DNA of 63,930 bases, filler included, from Chiloscyllium plagiosum (taxonomy: Eukaryota): NCBI RefSeq assembly GCF_004010195.1. It is 6 parts of one record of this genome, joined end to end, with 100 filler letters (N's around TTAATTAATTAA, not from the genome) between each part and the next. Parts side by side here need not be neighbours in the genome. Positions count along the whole stretch, not along the records: positions 1 to 15,719 come from NC_057717.1; positions 15,820 to 38,835 come from NC_057717.1; 4 more parts are not named here. One strand, given 5' to 3'. Every line of letters starts with the position of its first letter. The stretch's first letter is position 1. The notes below the pieces were generated by a model. It was not told where the DNA came from, did no database searches, and saw only the letters and a list, made by a program, of their open reading frames with translations. Shown here one piece after another: positions 13,246 to 25,290 of this stretch. Made by a program: the position numbers and the translations under genes.

Positions 13246-13326
13246 GTGGCCGACCTCTACAGGAAACAGCAGCAGGTCCAGAACCAGCAAGGGGTTATCG
13301 ATGGAGAGCTCGAGGATTTGGACTGA
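13246..13326 (+). CDS. LIG1: DNA ligase 1, final coding exon
   Basis: cacAG|GTG GCC GAC CTC TAC AGG AAA CAG...GAC TGA. Encodes VADLYRKQQQVQNQQGVIDGELEDLD*, matching the LIG1 C-terminus VA.LYRKQ.Q.QNQQG. Confidence 0.96.
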   Translation: MADLYRKQQQVQNQQGVIDGELEDLD

Positions 13327-13464
13327 GTGTGGCCTGGTTCCCTGAGCCACGTCCCGCTTTCCTGCCTTGGAAGGGGAGCCGGTGCCTAGGGATCATCCCG
13401 ACATTCCCGGGAAAATTGGCGACCGGATGAGTGCCGGATTCCTGAGAGCTCTCCTTGGTCCGTG

Positions 13465-13470
13465 AATAAA
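13465..13470 (+). promoter_or_regulatory. LIG1 polyadenylation signal
   Basis: AATAAA ~140 nt after the stop codon, followed by T/GT-rich sequence. Confidence 0.8.
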
Positions 13471-13619
13471 CAGCAGTTTTTGTAAATAACCCATTATGTC
13501 TCTGATTAACTTTCTGTCACGTCCAGGGAATCACCAAGCGTGGGGGTCCCAGAACATGACGTAGACTGGATTGGTGCTGAGAGAGAGACAGACAGACAGA
13601 CTGGGTGTGGGATGAGGGT

Positions 13620-14390
13620 TAGAGGTTTTGGGTTTGTAAGGTGCTGTCAGCCTGAGGAGGCTTGGCAAGTCGCTGTAGTGTGTCTTGTAGACCGTACATA
13701 CTGTGGAGGGAGTGGCTGGTGGAGGGAGTGTGTTGAGGTGTGTTGAGGGTTAGCGTGTTGATCAAGCGAGGGGCTGGGAGCTGCTTTATCTCTGCATGGT
13801 GTCGAGTTTCTTGAGTGTCGTCAGAGCCACACCCATCCAGGCACGTGGCAAATATTCCTTCACACTTGTGCCTTGTCCATGTTTGACAGGCTTAAGGTGA
13901 GAGTCAGGAGGAGAGTTACTCATTGCAAGATTTCCAGCCTCTGACCTGTTCTTGAAGCTGCTGTATTGGCATGAAGGACAGTTCAATTTTCTGCCCTCGG
14001 ATACTGATAGCGGGGGGGGGGGAATTCAGTGACGGTAACACCATTGAATGTCAAGGGGGCGATGGTTTGATTCTCTCTCAATGGGAACCCCCAGGATGTT
14101 GACAGTGTGGGTGGGGAGGGGGGATTCAGTGACAGTAACACCATTGAACGTCAAGGGGAGGCGATGGTTAGATTCTCTCATATCGGTGAACAGCATTTGC
14201 GTGGCGTGAATGTTACTTGCCGCTTGTCAGCCCAAGCCTGGATATTGTCGTTGATCTTGTCACATTTGAACGTGCACTGCTTTAGGAACGGTGAATGAAG
14301 CCAAACCTTGTGTGACAATCGGAGAACATCTTACGATGGAGGGAGTAGCTGAAGATGGTCGGGTCTAAGGACACTATCCTGAAATAATGG
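13620..14390 (-). mobile_element. CR1/L2-group LINE 3' fragment
   Basis: ORF 13786..13986 ends EYLPRAWMGVALTTLKKLDTMQR, a typical ORF2 C-terminal motif (EY....W......L.KLD..Q). Confidence 0.7.
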
Positions 14391-15270
14391 ATGATTGTTT
14401 CATGGTCGTCATCGCTGAGACTAGTTTTGTTGCCGCTTGATTAATTCAGCTTAAATTCCAGCAAGTGCTGTTGGTTTTAGGGTAGGAGGGAAGACTGGGG
14501 AACTGCAGTTTAATAGCTCCAGTTCACAAGTGGGTTTCTGTTTTGGTCATCCCAAGATCCTCTGTGCCCTTCTAAGTTTGTTCAGTTCTTTTGCTAAAGT
14601 TGCAGCCCCTTTACACTTTCATGTTTCAGTTTCGCAGTCGTCAAGTTAGAAAGAACAGTGGGAGAGACTGTCTCCAGGCTTGGGGCCCTCACCTGCAGAG
14701 AGATTCCAGCCAGGGGATGTGTTCAGCTGACCAGGAAACAACGAGGTAGCACCAGGCTGGTGATCGCTGGGCAGCCAGTTACTGGGTGTATCCCACTGAA
14801 TGTGTGCACACACGTGCCAACTGCTCTCGTATCTCTCTCTCTCTCTATACTACTTTCAAGGTAGCTGTATAAACGCAACTGAGGTTTAGTTGCTCGTCGT
14901 CTTTTTTTGCCCAAAATGCAGCATTTACTTCCTCAGGCCTTGGTTTTTAAACAATGAGAAATACTGTAGAAAAAGCTGTATATTTTACCTCTGTTCTGAC
15001 TTGCATGTGACTCCCAGCAATGCAGTGACTGAGTTGCCCTCTGAGGAAGACTAGCACGTATCTCAGTTCTTGGCCAATCATAATGGGCACACACTTCCCA
15101 TGAAAGATGAAAATATTTAAGACATTGCAACGTTACAGAATGATTACAGTTCAGAGGGAGGTCCCTTTACCTGAATCAGCTCTTCACGTGAGCTTCCTTG
15201 CAATCTTCCTGCCTTTTCCTCATATTCTCTACACTTAACGTTTCTATCTGAATAACTATCCAATGCCCTC

Positions 15271-15719
15271 TTAGGTGTGATAGGGTTAGGGTCTGGCTCA
15301 GTATTAGGGTCAAGCTTAGGGTTAGAGTTGGGTCACAGTTAAGGTAAGGGTCACGGTTAGGGTAAGGGTTAGGTTTTGGGTCAAGGTTAGGGTTTGGGTC
15401 ACGGATATGGTTAGACTTGGCTCACGGTTAGGGTCAGGGTTAAGGCTAGGAATAAGGTCAGGGTAACGGTTGGGGTTATGTTTGGGACGTGGTTAGGGGT
15501 TAGGTTTAGAGTTAGGGTTAAGGTTTGGATTGGGCTTAGGGTAAGGGATGGGTTAAGGTTAGGGTTCGGTGTCGGGTTAGGGTTGGGGCTAGAGTTAGGG
15601 TTAAGGTCAAGGATAGGGTTAGGTCCGCAATAGAGTTGAGGTTAGGGGGAGGGTTTGGGTTAGGGTAAGGGTTATGTTTAGGGTTATGGTCAGTGTCAAT
15701 GTTAGGATTAGTGTCAGGG
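15271..15719 (+). repeat. Degenerate telomeric (TTAGGG)n array
   Basis: About 75 hexamer positions of TTAGGG and variants (TCAGGG, TAAGGG, TTGGGG, TTAAGG), truncated by a scaffold spacer. Confidence 0.93.
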
Positions 15720-15819
15720 NNNNNNNNNNNNNNNNNNNNNNNNNNNNNNNNNNNNNNNNNNNNTTAATTAATTAANNNNNNNNNNNNNNNNNNNNNNNNN
15801 NNNNNNNNNNNNNNNNNNN
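15720..15819. other. Artificial scaffold spacer (44N-TTAATTAATTAA-44N); also at 38836-38935, 46970-47069, 55304-55403 and 61300-61399
   Basis: The identical 100-nt construct occurs five times; the 12-mer gives stop codons in all six frames. Confidence 0.95.
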
Positions 15820-15998
15820 CACCTTCCCTCTCAAGATCCCCCTCCCAACCCCTGCACCTTTCCTTTCAACATCCCCTTCCCCACCCCAGCACCTTCCCTC
15901 TCAACAACACCCTCCCACACCCCAGCACCTTTTCTCTCAATATCCCACTCCCCCAATCCAGCACCTTCCTTTCAAACATCCCCCTCCCACACCCCAGC
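15820..15998 (+). repeat. ~36-bp C-rich minisatellite (CACCTTCCCTCTCAACATCCCCCTCCCACACCCCAG-like); inverted counterpart at 55155-55303
   Basis: Five diverged units. The counterpart translates as repeating KVLGWGRGILRE in ORF 55112. Both arrays run into gaps. Confidence 0.85.
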
Positions 15999-18705
15999 GT
16001 CTTTAGTCTTAAAATACACCGCCTTCCTGGCAAGGGCACCTGCTATTCACATTATGTTTTCTCTTCAGGGTTTATATTGCTCTACCAATGTCACCCCTCA
16101 ATCTCCGACATTCCAGTGAAAAATGTCCCTCTCTATCCAGCCTCTACTTATAACTGAAACCATACATTCCCATCAACATCCTGGTAAATCCCTTCTGAAT
16201 CCATTCCAATTTAATGATATCCTTCCTATGACAGCACAACAAGAACTGAGCATTGTATTCCAGAAGAGGCCTCTCCAACGTCCTGTACAACCTCAACATA
16301 ATGTCCCAACTCCTGTACTCAAAGGTCTGAGCAATAAAGGCAAGCATGCTAAACAGCTTTTTAACCACCCTGTCGAAATATGCAGCAAATCTCAGAAATC
16401 TGAACCCCTAGGTCGCTTTGTTCAAGGCCCGTAAAAGTCGAATTGTGTATGTATGCTGTAGTGTTTTATGTAAGGGGCATGGTAGACATAGAATATGGAG
16501 AAATAGATGGTGACATCTTGATCATGTCCATCCTATAGAGGTGGTGATGCTGGTGTTTTGAAACATATAAAGCTTTGTAAATCCCCAGGGGCCGATCAGT
16601 GGGAAGCTCGGGAAGTCATTGCTGGACATCTTGTATCATGAGGATGGATTGGACAGAGTCCGTATGGGTTTAAGAGAGGGGAATCATACTTCGCAAATCT
16701 ACTGAAAGTTTGACGATATAACTAGTAACATTGATAAGGTGAAACCAGTGGGTGTTACTTTGACATCAGAAGTTTTTTGATAAGGTCCCACAGAAAAAAA
16801 TAGCAAAAACATGTGAGATTGGGGGTAGTGTATTTGCATAGAGAGACAGCCAGTTGACAGACAGGAAATAAAGAGCTGGAACAAACAGGTAATTTTCTGA
16901 GCGGTAGCCAGTGACCAGTGAGGTACTACAGAGATCAGTGGTTCAAACCCAGTTATTCACAATATATATAGATGATTTATATGAGGGATCTATTATTATT
17001 TCTAGTTTGTGGGTGACACAAAGCTGGGTGGAAGGGTGAACTGAGAGGAGGATGGACTGTGAGGACGATACAGAGATGCTTCAGTGTGATTTTGATAAGT
17101 TGAGCGATAGGCAAAATGCATGCCAGATGAAATATAATTTGGATAAATGTCAGATTTTTGGTTGCAAAAACAGAAAGGGAAATTTCAGCTCTGATCTCCA
17201 GCATCTGCAGACCTCACTTTCTCTTCATAGCGGGGTAGTCCAGAACCAGTGATCATAGTCGAAAGGACATAGGAGTCGGATATTCAGAAGTGAAACGAGA
17301 ATATATTTCTTCATCCAGATATTGGTGAACTATCAAAATTGTCTGCCACAAAACGTATTTCTGGACAAAATATTGAATATTTTTAAGGGATAGGTATAAG
17401 TTCTTATGGCTAAATAGATCAAATGGTATGTGGAGAAAGTGGGAACAAGGTTTGCATTTGGATAATCAGCCATGATCATATTGAATGACAGAGCAGGCTC
17501 AAGTGGCTTACTACTTCTCTTGCTTTTTGTGTTTCTAACAGGAAAAAAAGCCAAATATTTCTACAACTTGTCAATTGCTTATCTGGATCACAAAATAATT
17601 TTTAACAGCCTCTTTAAAGTTTTACATGAACACAATTATTACAAAGTTCCAGTGATATTTAATTCACCCTGGGAGAGGGTGCTAGTTTCTATTAGTTTTC
17701 CAATATTACAACATTCACACAACAAATTTAATTTATATTTAAAATTCTGCATGATTTTCAATAATTCTAGTAATTCGGCTGAATTCTATTCAGAAAGGTT
17801 GTACAGTCTACCATATAATCAAGATCATTATATCGAAACTTTCACATCACATTGTATAAGACAAAGAAGTCTTCAATTAAATTGGATTTTCATGAAACAC
17901 CATTACATTGTTGCAAAATGACAAAGCTGTTTCCCCCTCATGATTAATTAATGAATAAATGTTCAGATAGATGCAGCGTTCTAGCAAAAACACTATTTAA
18001 AACAGGTTAAGTTCATAGCACAGTGCAGATTGTGTACACAGCTGCGCTGTAACCACAGGGTACATTTGTGTTACTTACTTTTATTGAAGATGGTTTCATG
18101 GAATAGGAGGATTGCCAATGAAACTAGCATTTTTGCTCATTCCCAGTTGCGCTTAAGTGGTGGTATGCTGCCCTCTTGAAGGTACACCCACAGTGTAGTC
18201 AGGATGTGTTCCAGGTTTAGTGATATGACTCCAATTCAAAACTTAATGCAGCTTGGAGGGGAACTGGGTGGTGGTAACATTAATAAGGGAGCGGTAGCCA
18301 ACATTGTCTTAAGATAGCACAGATCATGGGTTTAGAAGGTGCTATCAAAAGAGCTTTGGTTAGTTGCTATAGTGCACCTTACTTTAGGGCTGATCTCCTG
18401 GTTTGATGCTAATGGTTGAGTGTGTGATATGCAAAACCATGAGACTACAGATTGAGGAGTATAATTCTGCTGCTGGTGATGGCCCACAGTGCTTCATGGA
18501 TGCCCAGTCTCAAGTTCCTAAAATGGCTCAAGTTTGTCCCATTTAGCATCGTGAATCTTCACTGTTATGTTTCCGGTAAGAACTGTTCACCCTAAGGGTT
18601 GTTCTCATTGATGGTGGAGTAGCCCAAATTTTTCAATTAACAAAATCAATTCCACAATTTTCTATGAAACTGACAGTTAACTCGAAGCATTTTGTTGTGA
18701 AGGCA

Positions 18706-19461
18706 AGTGTCGAGAGTGTAATGCTGGAAAAGCACAGCAGATCAGGCAGCATCCAAGGAGCAGGAGAATTGATGTTGTAGGCATAAGCCCTTCATCAGGA
18801 ATGAAGCTTTTGGGTCGGGGGGCTGAGAGATAAATGGGAGAGGTGGTGTTGGAGTAATGTAGCTGGGAAAGTGATAGGTGATTGAAAGTTGGGGAGAAGG
18901 TGGGGAGTCAGATGGGGAGTGATGGACAGGTCTGGAGGGCGGTGCCAAGTTGGAGGCTTGGGACTGGGATAATGTGGGGTAAGGGGAAACGAGGAAGCTG
19001 TTGAAATCCACATTTATCCCGTGTGGTGGCAGGGTCTCAAGGCAGAAAATATGTGGCGTTCCTCTTCCAGGCGTTGGTTAGCAACGGTTTGGAGGTGGAT
19101 AAGGCGCAGGAACCTGCATGTCCTTACTGGATGAGATGGGGGTGTTGAAGTGTTCAGCCACGGGCCGGTGGAGCTGGTGGGTGCGGATGACTCAGAGATG
19201 TTCTCTGAAACGATTCGCAAGAAGGCGTCCCGTCTATCTGATGTAGAGGAGATCACACCGGGTGCAACGGATGCAATAAATGACACAAACCTCACCCCCT
19301 CCATTTATCTCTCAGCCCCGACCCACAAACCTCATTCCTGATGAAGGGCTAATGCCCGAAACGTCAATTCGCCTGCTCCTCGGATGCTCCCTGACCTGCT
19401 CTGTTTTCCAGCACTACACTCTTGACTCTGATCTCCATCATGTGCAGTCCTTACTTTCTCC
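18706..19461 (-). mobile_element. Penelope-like element (GIY-YIG) with inverted terminal repeats
   Basis: Minus strand encodes IYCIRCTRCDLLYIR...RLEEERHIF. The tail is present in both orientations. The paralog at 51062-52028 retains ~180 extra bp. Confidence 0.85.
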
Positions 19462-21016
19462 TCTCTGTAAGCCTACTTTATCCCACTTCTAATGATCAGA
19501 CATTTTCCTTCCCTGCCCTTAGGTCTCATAACAAAAGTCACCAAGGAAATACACCAAACAATAAAGAATATAAAATTTCTAATCACTTATCACTGAGTAA
19601 AAGTAGTCACCATAGCACTGGAAGGCAGAAGGACTGCTCTGTCATGACAGAAAAAGTGGTGTTTTAACCTAAGGGTCACCACACCTCAGGTGAGGGCCAA
19701 GTTTGAAAAGGTGAAGCTTTCAGGGTAACCTCAGCCAATGCAGAAATTGAGCCTGTGCTGTTGGCATCACAGCATTGCAAACTAGCAATCCAGCCAACCG
19801 AGCTAACTAACCTTTATTACAGCACGTGCAACAACATGGGAGAGAAAAATGGGTTTCACCAAGCAAAGGATCTTTCATCTACCAACAATGAAAGAAAATG
19901 GTGATTCTCAAAATACAGATGGTCAGTTAGACTCAGATATACAAATTGGAGACAGGCCCTTTGGTCCAATTTATCCATGCTGACCAGATATTCTAAACTA
20001 ATGGAGTTTCATTTGCCAGCATTTGGCCCATATCCCTTAAAAACCTTCCTATTGATATACCCATCCAGATGCTCATTTAATGTTGTAATTCTACATGCCT
20101 CCATACTTGGCATGGCGTGAAAACGTTGCCTCTTAGGTCCCTTTTAAATCTTTCCTCTCTCACCTATGCTGTCTAATTTTCGACTCCCCTATCCTGGGGA
20201 AAAGACCTTGGCTATTCACCCTATCCATGCCCCTTACTATTTTATAGACTTTGAAAAATATCCTTCAGCCTCTCTAAATAGCTCAAAGCCTTCACCCCTA
20301 GTAACATTTTTGTAAAACTTTTCCGAACCCGTGCAAGTTTCACAACACACTAGCACTGAATGCATTCATCCAAAAGTGGTCTCAACAATATCCTGCATAG
20401 CCACTACATGACATCCCAACTCCTACACTCAATGCACTGTCCAATAAAGGCAAGCATACCAAACGGCTTCCTCACCAGCCTGTCTGACTGAAACTCCGCT
20501 TTCAAGGAACTACGAACCTGAACCCCAAGGTCTCTTTCTTCGGCAACACTGACCAGGCCCTTACCATTGAGTCCTGCCTGACCTGCCTTACCAAAATGCA
20601 GTACCTCACATTTATCTAAATTAATTAGATTAGAAAAAAAGCACCAGTAGTTTAGCACATCATCCCCATCTAATTATGTATTAAATATGCTAGACCTGAA
20701 TCAAACCTTGCTTAAGCCACATTTGGATACTGTGTGCTGGCAGATCATCATACAATCATTAGAAAAAAAGAAACCGAAGCGGGTACACAGAAAAGATTGA
20801 CAAGGTGGATCACAGAAATGTGTGGGTTTACATGTCAGCAAAGGGTTGACAGGCTGCGTCTCTCTGAAAGGAGGCCAAAAAGAGACGTGATAGAGGTCTT
20901 TAAAATGATGAGAGCATTTAACAGACTGGATACAGAAAGAATGTTTATTTTCAAATGGAACAGCATACCTTGAAGTCACAAAGTCGTCACCAAGAAGTCC
21001 AACAGGGAGATATGGA

Positions 21017-21247
21017 ACCAAAAAAGAGAAAATGTCGGAAAATCTGAGCAAGTCTGGCAGCATCTGTCAGGAGAGAAAAGAGTGGACGTTTCGAATCAAA
21101 CTGACCCTTTGTCAACGCGGTCAGTTAGACTCGAAACGCCCGCTCTTTTCTCTCCTTACAGATACTGCCAGACTTGCTGAGATTTTCCAGCATTTTCTCT
21201 TTATTGGTTTCAGATTCCAACATCTGCAGTAATTTGTTTTTTACTTC
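21017..21247. mobile_element. Short palindromic Penelope-tail-derived insertion with 12-bp target-site duplication
   Basis: Arms ~21016-21110 and ~21118-21209 are reverse complements. Flanked by GGGAGATATGGA (21005-21016) and GGGAGATACGGA (21248-21259). Paralog at ~49240-49470. Confidence 0.7.
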
Positions 21248-21459
21248 GGGAGATACGGAGGTTCTGCAGAATAGGATTACAAAAATGAAGCACGGGGAGT
21301 GGTTGAGTCCAATCTCATACGTTTAAGGGGAAGATAGACAAGAGAAGAGGCATAGAGGAATAGAGGGTTAAAGTAATAGATGAGTAAAGGTGACAGGAGA
21401 CACGGGTGGAGCAGTAACACTGATGTGAACTAATTGGAACAAATCAAAGAATCCCTGCA

Positions 21460-21750
21460 GTGTTGGAACAGACCATTTAGAACATTGAGTCTACAATGAG
21501 CCTTCAAACAGCATGCCACCCAGACTGACTCCCCTACACTTTTCCTGTAACCCTGCATTTCTCATGGCTAATTCACGTAGACTACACATCCCTAGGCACT
21601 ATGGGCAATTTAGCATTGTCTATCGAACTAACCTGCACATTTGTGGACTGAGGCAGGAACCCCACGCAGACATGAGGAGAATGTACAAACCCCACACAGA
21701 CAGGCCCCTGAAGGTGGAAGCGAACCTGCGTTCCTGGCACTGTCAGGCAT
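21460..21750 (-). mobile_element. Older V-SINE/HE1-like copy (paralog ~48735-49030, + strand)
   Basis: Central V-domain GTCTGTGTGGGGTTTGTACATTCTCC...GCTAAATTGCCCATAGTG. Confidence 0.75.
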
Positions 21751-21863
21751 GGTGTCGGGTTCTTTGCACTTTGAGACAATTAAGCATGGTGCCGCATTAA
21801 TAAGGCCTGTTTGCATCCTCTATTGTTTATACAATCCTCTTCGGAGGATAAAGCAAAGCTTAC

Positions 21864-21938
21864 ACAATGATGTAATGCTGATAATCCCACCAGGAAGAAC
21901 AATTGCTGCAACATTTGCATGGACCTCAATTTTCCCAT
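21864..21938 (-). CDS. Putative first coding exon encoding a signal peptide (unknown secreted or membrane protein), copy 1
   Basis: Pyrimidine-rich acceptor ...GCATTTCAG (exon 21945-21864), ATG at 21938, MGKLRSMQMLQQLFFLVGLSALHHC, donor GTAAGC. Peptide is identical in the duplicate. Confidence 0.5.
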
Positions 21939-22573
21939 CATACCACTGAAATGCAAAGCAAGATTAGCACTCGTGAACATTTTTACATGGCAAAACAATT
22001 CTGAGACTGTTATACCAGGGCAATGGGGGTAAATAAAAAAAAGATGAGGGTAAGAAAAACACTGCACTACTTNNNNNNNNNNNNNNNNNNNNNNNNNNNN
22101 NNNNNNNNNNNNNNNNNNNNNNNNNNNNNNNNNNNNNNNNNNNNNNNNNNNNNNNNNNNNNNNNNNNNNNNNNNNNNNNNNNNNNNNNNNNNNNNNNNNN
22201 NNNNNNNNNNNNNNNNNNNNNNNNNNNNNNNNNNNNNNNNNNNNNNNNNNNNNNNNNNNNNNNNNNNNNNNNNNNNNNNNNNNNNNNNNNNNNNNNNNNN
22301 NNNNNNNNNNNNNNNNNNNNNNNNNNNNNNNNNNNNNNNNNNNNNNNNNNNNNNNNNNNNNNNNNNNNNNNNNNNNNNNNNNNNNNNNNNNNNNNNNNNN
22401 NNNNNNNNNNNNNNNNNNNNNNNNNNNNNNNNNNNNNNNNNNNNNNNNNNNNNNNNNNNNNNNNNNNNNNNNNNNNNNNNNNNNNNNNNNNNNNNNNNNN
22501 NNNNNNNNNNNNNNNNNNNNNNNNNNNNNNNNNNNNNNNNNNNNNNNNNNNNNNNNNNNNNNNNNNNNNNNNC

Positions 22574-23952
22574 ATATTTAATAAATCTTTGTTGGTTATA
22601 AAAAATGTAGTCTATCCATTCTACATTTTTGTTAATCGTTACCCACCAAAATAGGGATGATTCAAAACCTGCTGCATTCTGATTGGGAGCCTTAAACTCG
22701 TCAGGCACCCTTTTGGGAACCCCTATGATGTCTCGATAAATCCTGTCATCAAAGGAAGTACCCAATAACGATTTCTTACTTCGTTCATCCTTCTTTGCTG
22801 CCTCCTCCTTTTTCTCAAATGCCAAGGTAAATGAAATTGCCAATTGTATAATTGCAGAAGTGCCTCGCCAGTTAGAGGGCATGGTGGGTCTTAAAGTCTT
22901 TCCACCACAGTACCACCACAAATCCGCTCGGGGTATTTTTAAGGCTGAATAGTTTCTTCCCCACTCTGTCTCGGAGACTGATTAAACTTCTAAGCATAGC
23001 TTTAAGTCTCCTAGAAATCGTACTGACCTGTCCCATTCCTCTTTATACAGGAGGTATGATTCCAAACCACATTCGCAAATGTAGGAGATTTTCTCAATTC
23101 CCCCTTCTTTAAGACAGGAAACATCGACATCAATGTTCGAAAAGCAGGGTTTCCCCATGCCGTCTCATTCTGGTACAGGGCTATCGTGCATAGCATACCA
23201 GTCTTATCTCGCTTCCACCTGAGCAGAAAGGGAACCACACGAGCCACCGGTCTTCCCAAGGCACATGCAAAGCAATTGATTTTATTTAGACTTTTTTGCC
23301 GTATAATATAACCCATTCTACCCAGACATTTGTCTCCCTGTATCCAGTTTGTATTTCAATGGTTTGTCTTAAGTCTTTAACTGCTATAACTTTTACCAAT
23401 TTCGGGTCACCGTTAGGGACAAAAGGTTTCTGTTCTTTTTGTTTTCCCTTCTCTACAATTATTCGGAGACATCATCCAATAAAAAAACTTCCCAGGGTAC
23501 CTTCCAATCATCGTACTCTTGCATATCCTCAGAGCGTCTCCTGGGGCTTCCATTAAAATTCTAAGGTTGTTACTAAGGGGCCAACTCGCATTTAAACTAG
23601 TAGGAAAGGATTCTTCAGAGGAGGTATTTTTAATAGTGAGCTATATCGCGTTGCATTTCTTATCAGTGCATTGTAGGGACGGACGAAAGGGTTCTTTATG
23701 AATTGTGATGCTGGCTGGTGGCCCTGTCATGCCAAATTTTGTCTGCATTTGGATCTGGAGATTAATTGAAAAGGAACTGTATTTTCTCTGTTTCTTTACA
23801 TCTCCGCAATCTACTAGGCTGCAAACATCACTTTTTCTTACTTGCAGGTATTCAGATTCAGGGACTTTTAATAGTACCGAACATGTCAACCTTATTTCGT
23901 AAAGCCTCAACATTAAGAGGATGAAGTTAGCAATTCTAGACATGCTACCCAT
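22574..23952 (-). pseudogene. env: env of provirus B (HERV-I/EnvP(b)-type), disrupted
   Basis: LNKINCFACALGRPVARVVPF...AWGN (CXXC motif) and WWYCGGK...IIGVPKRVPDEFKAPNQNAAGFESSLFWWVTINKNVEWIDYIFYNQQRF. Stops and frameshifts. Confidence 0.88.
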
Positions 23953-25290
23953 TTTATGATAGTCCTCTTATACTTACTCACCCCGTTACTCTGTTTACTT
24001 CTCTTATTTATCGTTTTTATCAGGTGTCTGAGAGAAATGAGTCAACACAGCTCTTACAATTAATAACAGCAGTTTTAAATCAGTAGCAGCAAATTTTAAA
24101 AATCTCTTATGTCAATTCAGTCTTTCTGCTCAACCTGATTCTCAGAGAGTCCACTGTAGGATGAACTTGCCACTCTGCCGAGGGAGTAGGTGCGTCTACC
24201 GGACCCTTAACGCTAGTGTGATGGCTACACCCTTTTTCTGTACCCGTTCTGCGGTCTCGGTAGTCAGGAGAGTGAGGAACGACCCTTCACATTTTGGATG
24301 TAGTTTGGTATCTTTCCAAGTCTTTATCAGAACCCAGTCTCCTGGCTTTATCTGGTGTGCTGCGAAATCCAAAGGTGGTGTCTGTGCCAATACACCTTTA
24401 TTCCTAAGAAAAGACAATGCAGAACCAAGAGGCACAATATAGTTTTTCAGAAACTTATCAATAAATTCGGCTGTAGGTACTTCCCCTCTCCCCGTCACTG
24501 AAATGCAGCTGGATTCAAGCAACTGTCCGTGACTAACACAATGTCATTCTGCTTTATTAGGATTGTCTCATATTTCAAAATCCTAGAGTCTGTGAGCCAT
24601 CGTCCTGCCTTCTAATTTAATATGGTCCGTACCTGATGTGGGGTGCTAACTATTAAAGCTCCCCATAAGTAGGTTTCCTACTCTCCTCCACCATCAGACT
24701 GTTGCTGTCACTGCCCGCATACATTCTGGCTAGTAATGCACGCAGTCAGGTTTTAAATTAATCATGAATCAATATGACAGGTAACCTAAAATATGTGAAG
24801 GTATCCTGACAATACTGATTCAGGTCAACACAATCGATCCGCCACAAATACCAAATGATGAAATCTATAATGAATCAATTGTGCTGGCCCGAACCGACAC
24901 AAGTTATTGTATAATTCCTGGAGGAAAACGCAACAAGTGACCAAAACATTCCAACAGCTGTAATCGCGCAGTTCTGTTTGTTTACCAGTCACCTGTGACT
25001 TCTCATTCTGTTTCTATATTTGTTTTGCTCGAGAACACTCATTTTAAAAACCCCAACAGATTCCATAGCACTATTTGCAGTTAATTTGATCCCAATTTAG
25101 TGGCAACGTCTTGTCATGAGCGCAAAACTGATTTTCGTACCTCTCATCACAAAACTGCTATCATAATCCAATTAACCTTTTCGTTCCCACTCCCTTGGGT
25201 TTAAAATTTAAGGATGATCTTGCTGTCCTCTTATCGACTAGGAACACTACGTTCTTTTATTAAGGGTTAATTTTATTAAGGGTTCCTGGC

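Larger units (their letters stand above)
15820..22072. repeat. Segmental duplicate block A (reverse complement of 48415-55303)
   Basis: Collinear throughout: paired ORFs 20404/49826, 20701/49370, 21513/48776, 18795/51721. Roughly 90-96% identical by eye. Confidence 0.95.

Noticed and set aside
12481..13350. 289-aa and 193-aa minus-strand Leu/Ser-rich ORFs
   Set aside because: Antisense shadow of LIG1 exons plus (CT)n low complexity.
15764..15775. Palindromic TTAATTAATTAA recurring five times
   Set aside because: Always centred in exactly 44N+44N; an assembly spacer, not biology.
15820..15998. 36-bp repeats as a CRISPR array
   Set aside because: Contiguous degenerate units with no unique spacers, no cas genes, vertebrate context.
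17472..17921. 149-aa ORF with a hydrophobic N-terminus, partly open in the duplicate (52866-53162)
   Set aside because: The start lies in a CR1 3' tail, many differences between the copies change amino acids, and the frames differ at both ends; no sign of selection.
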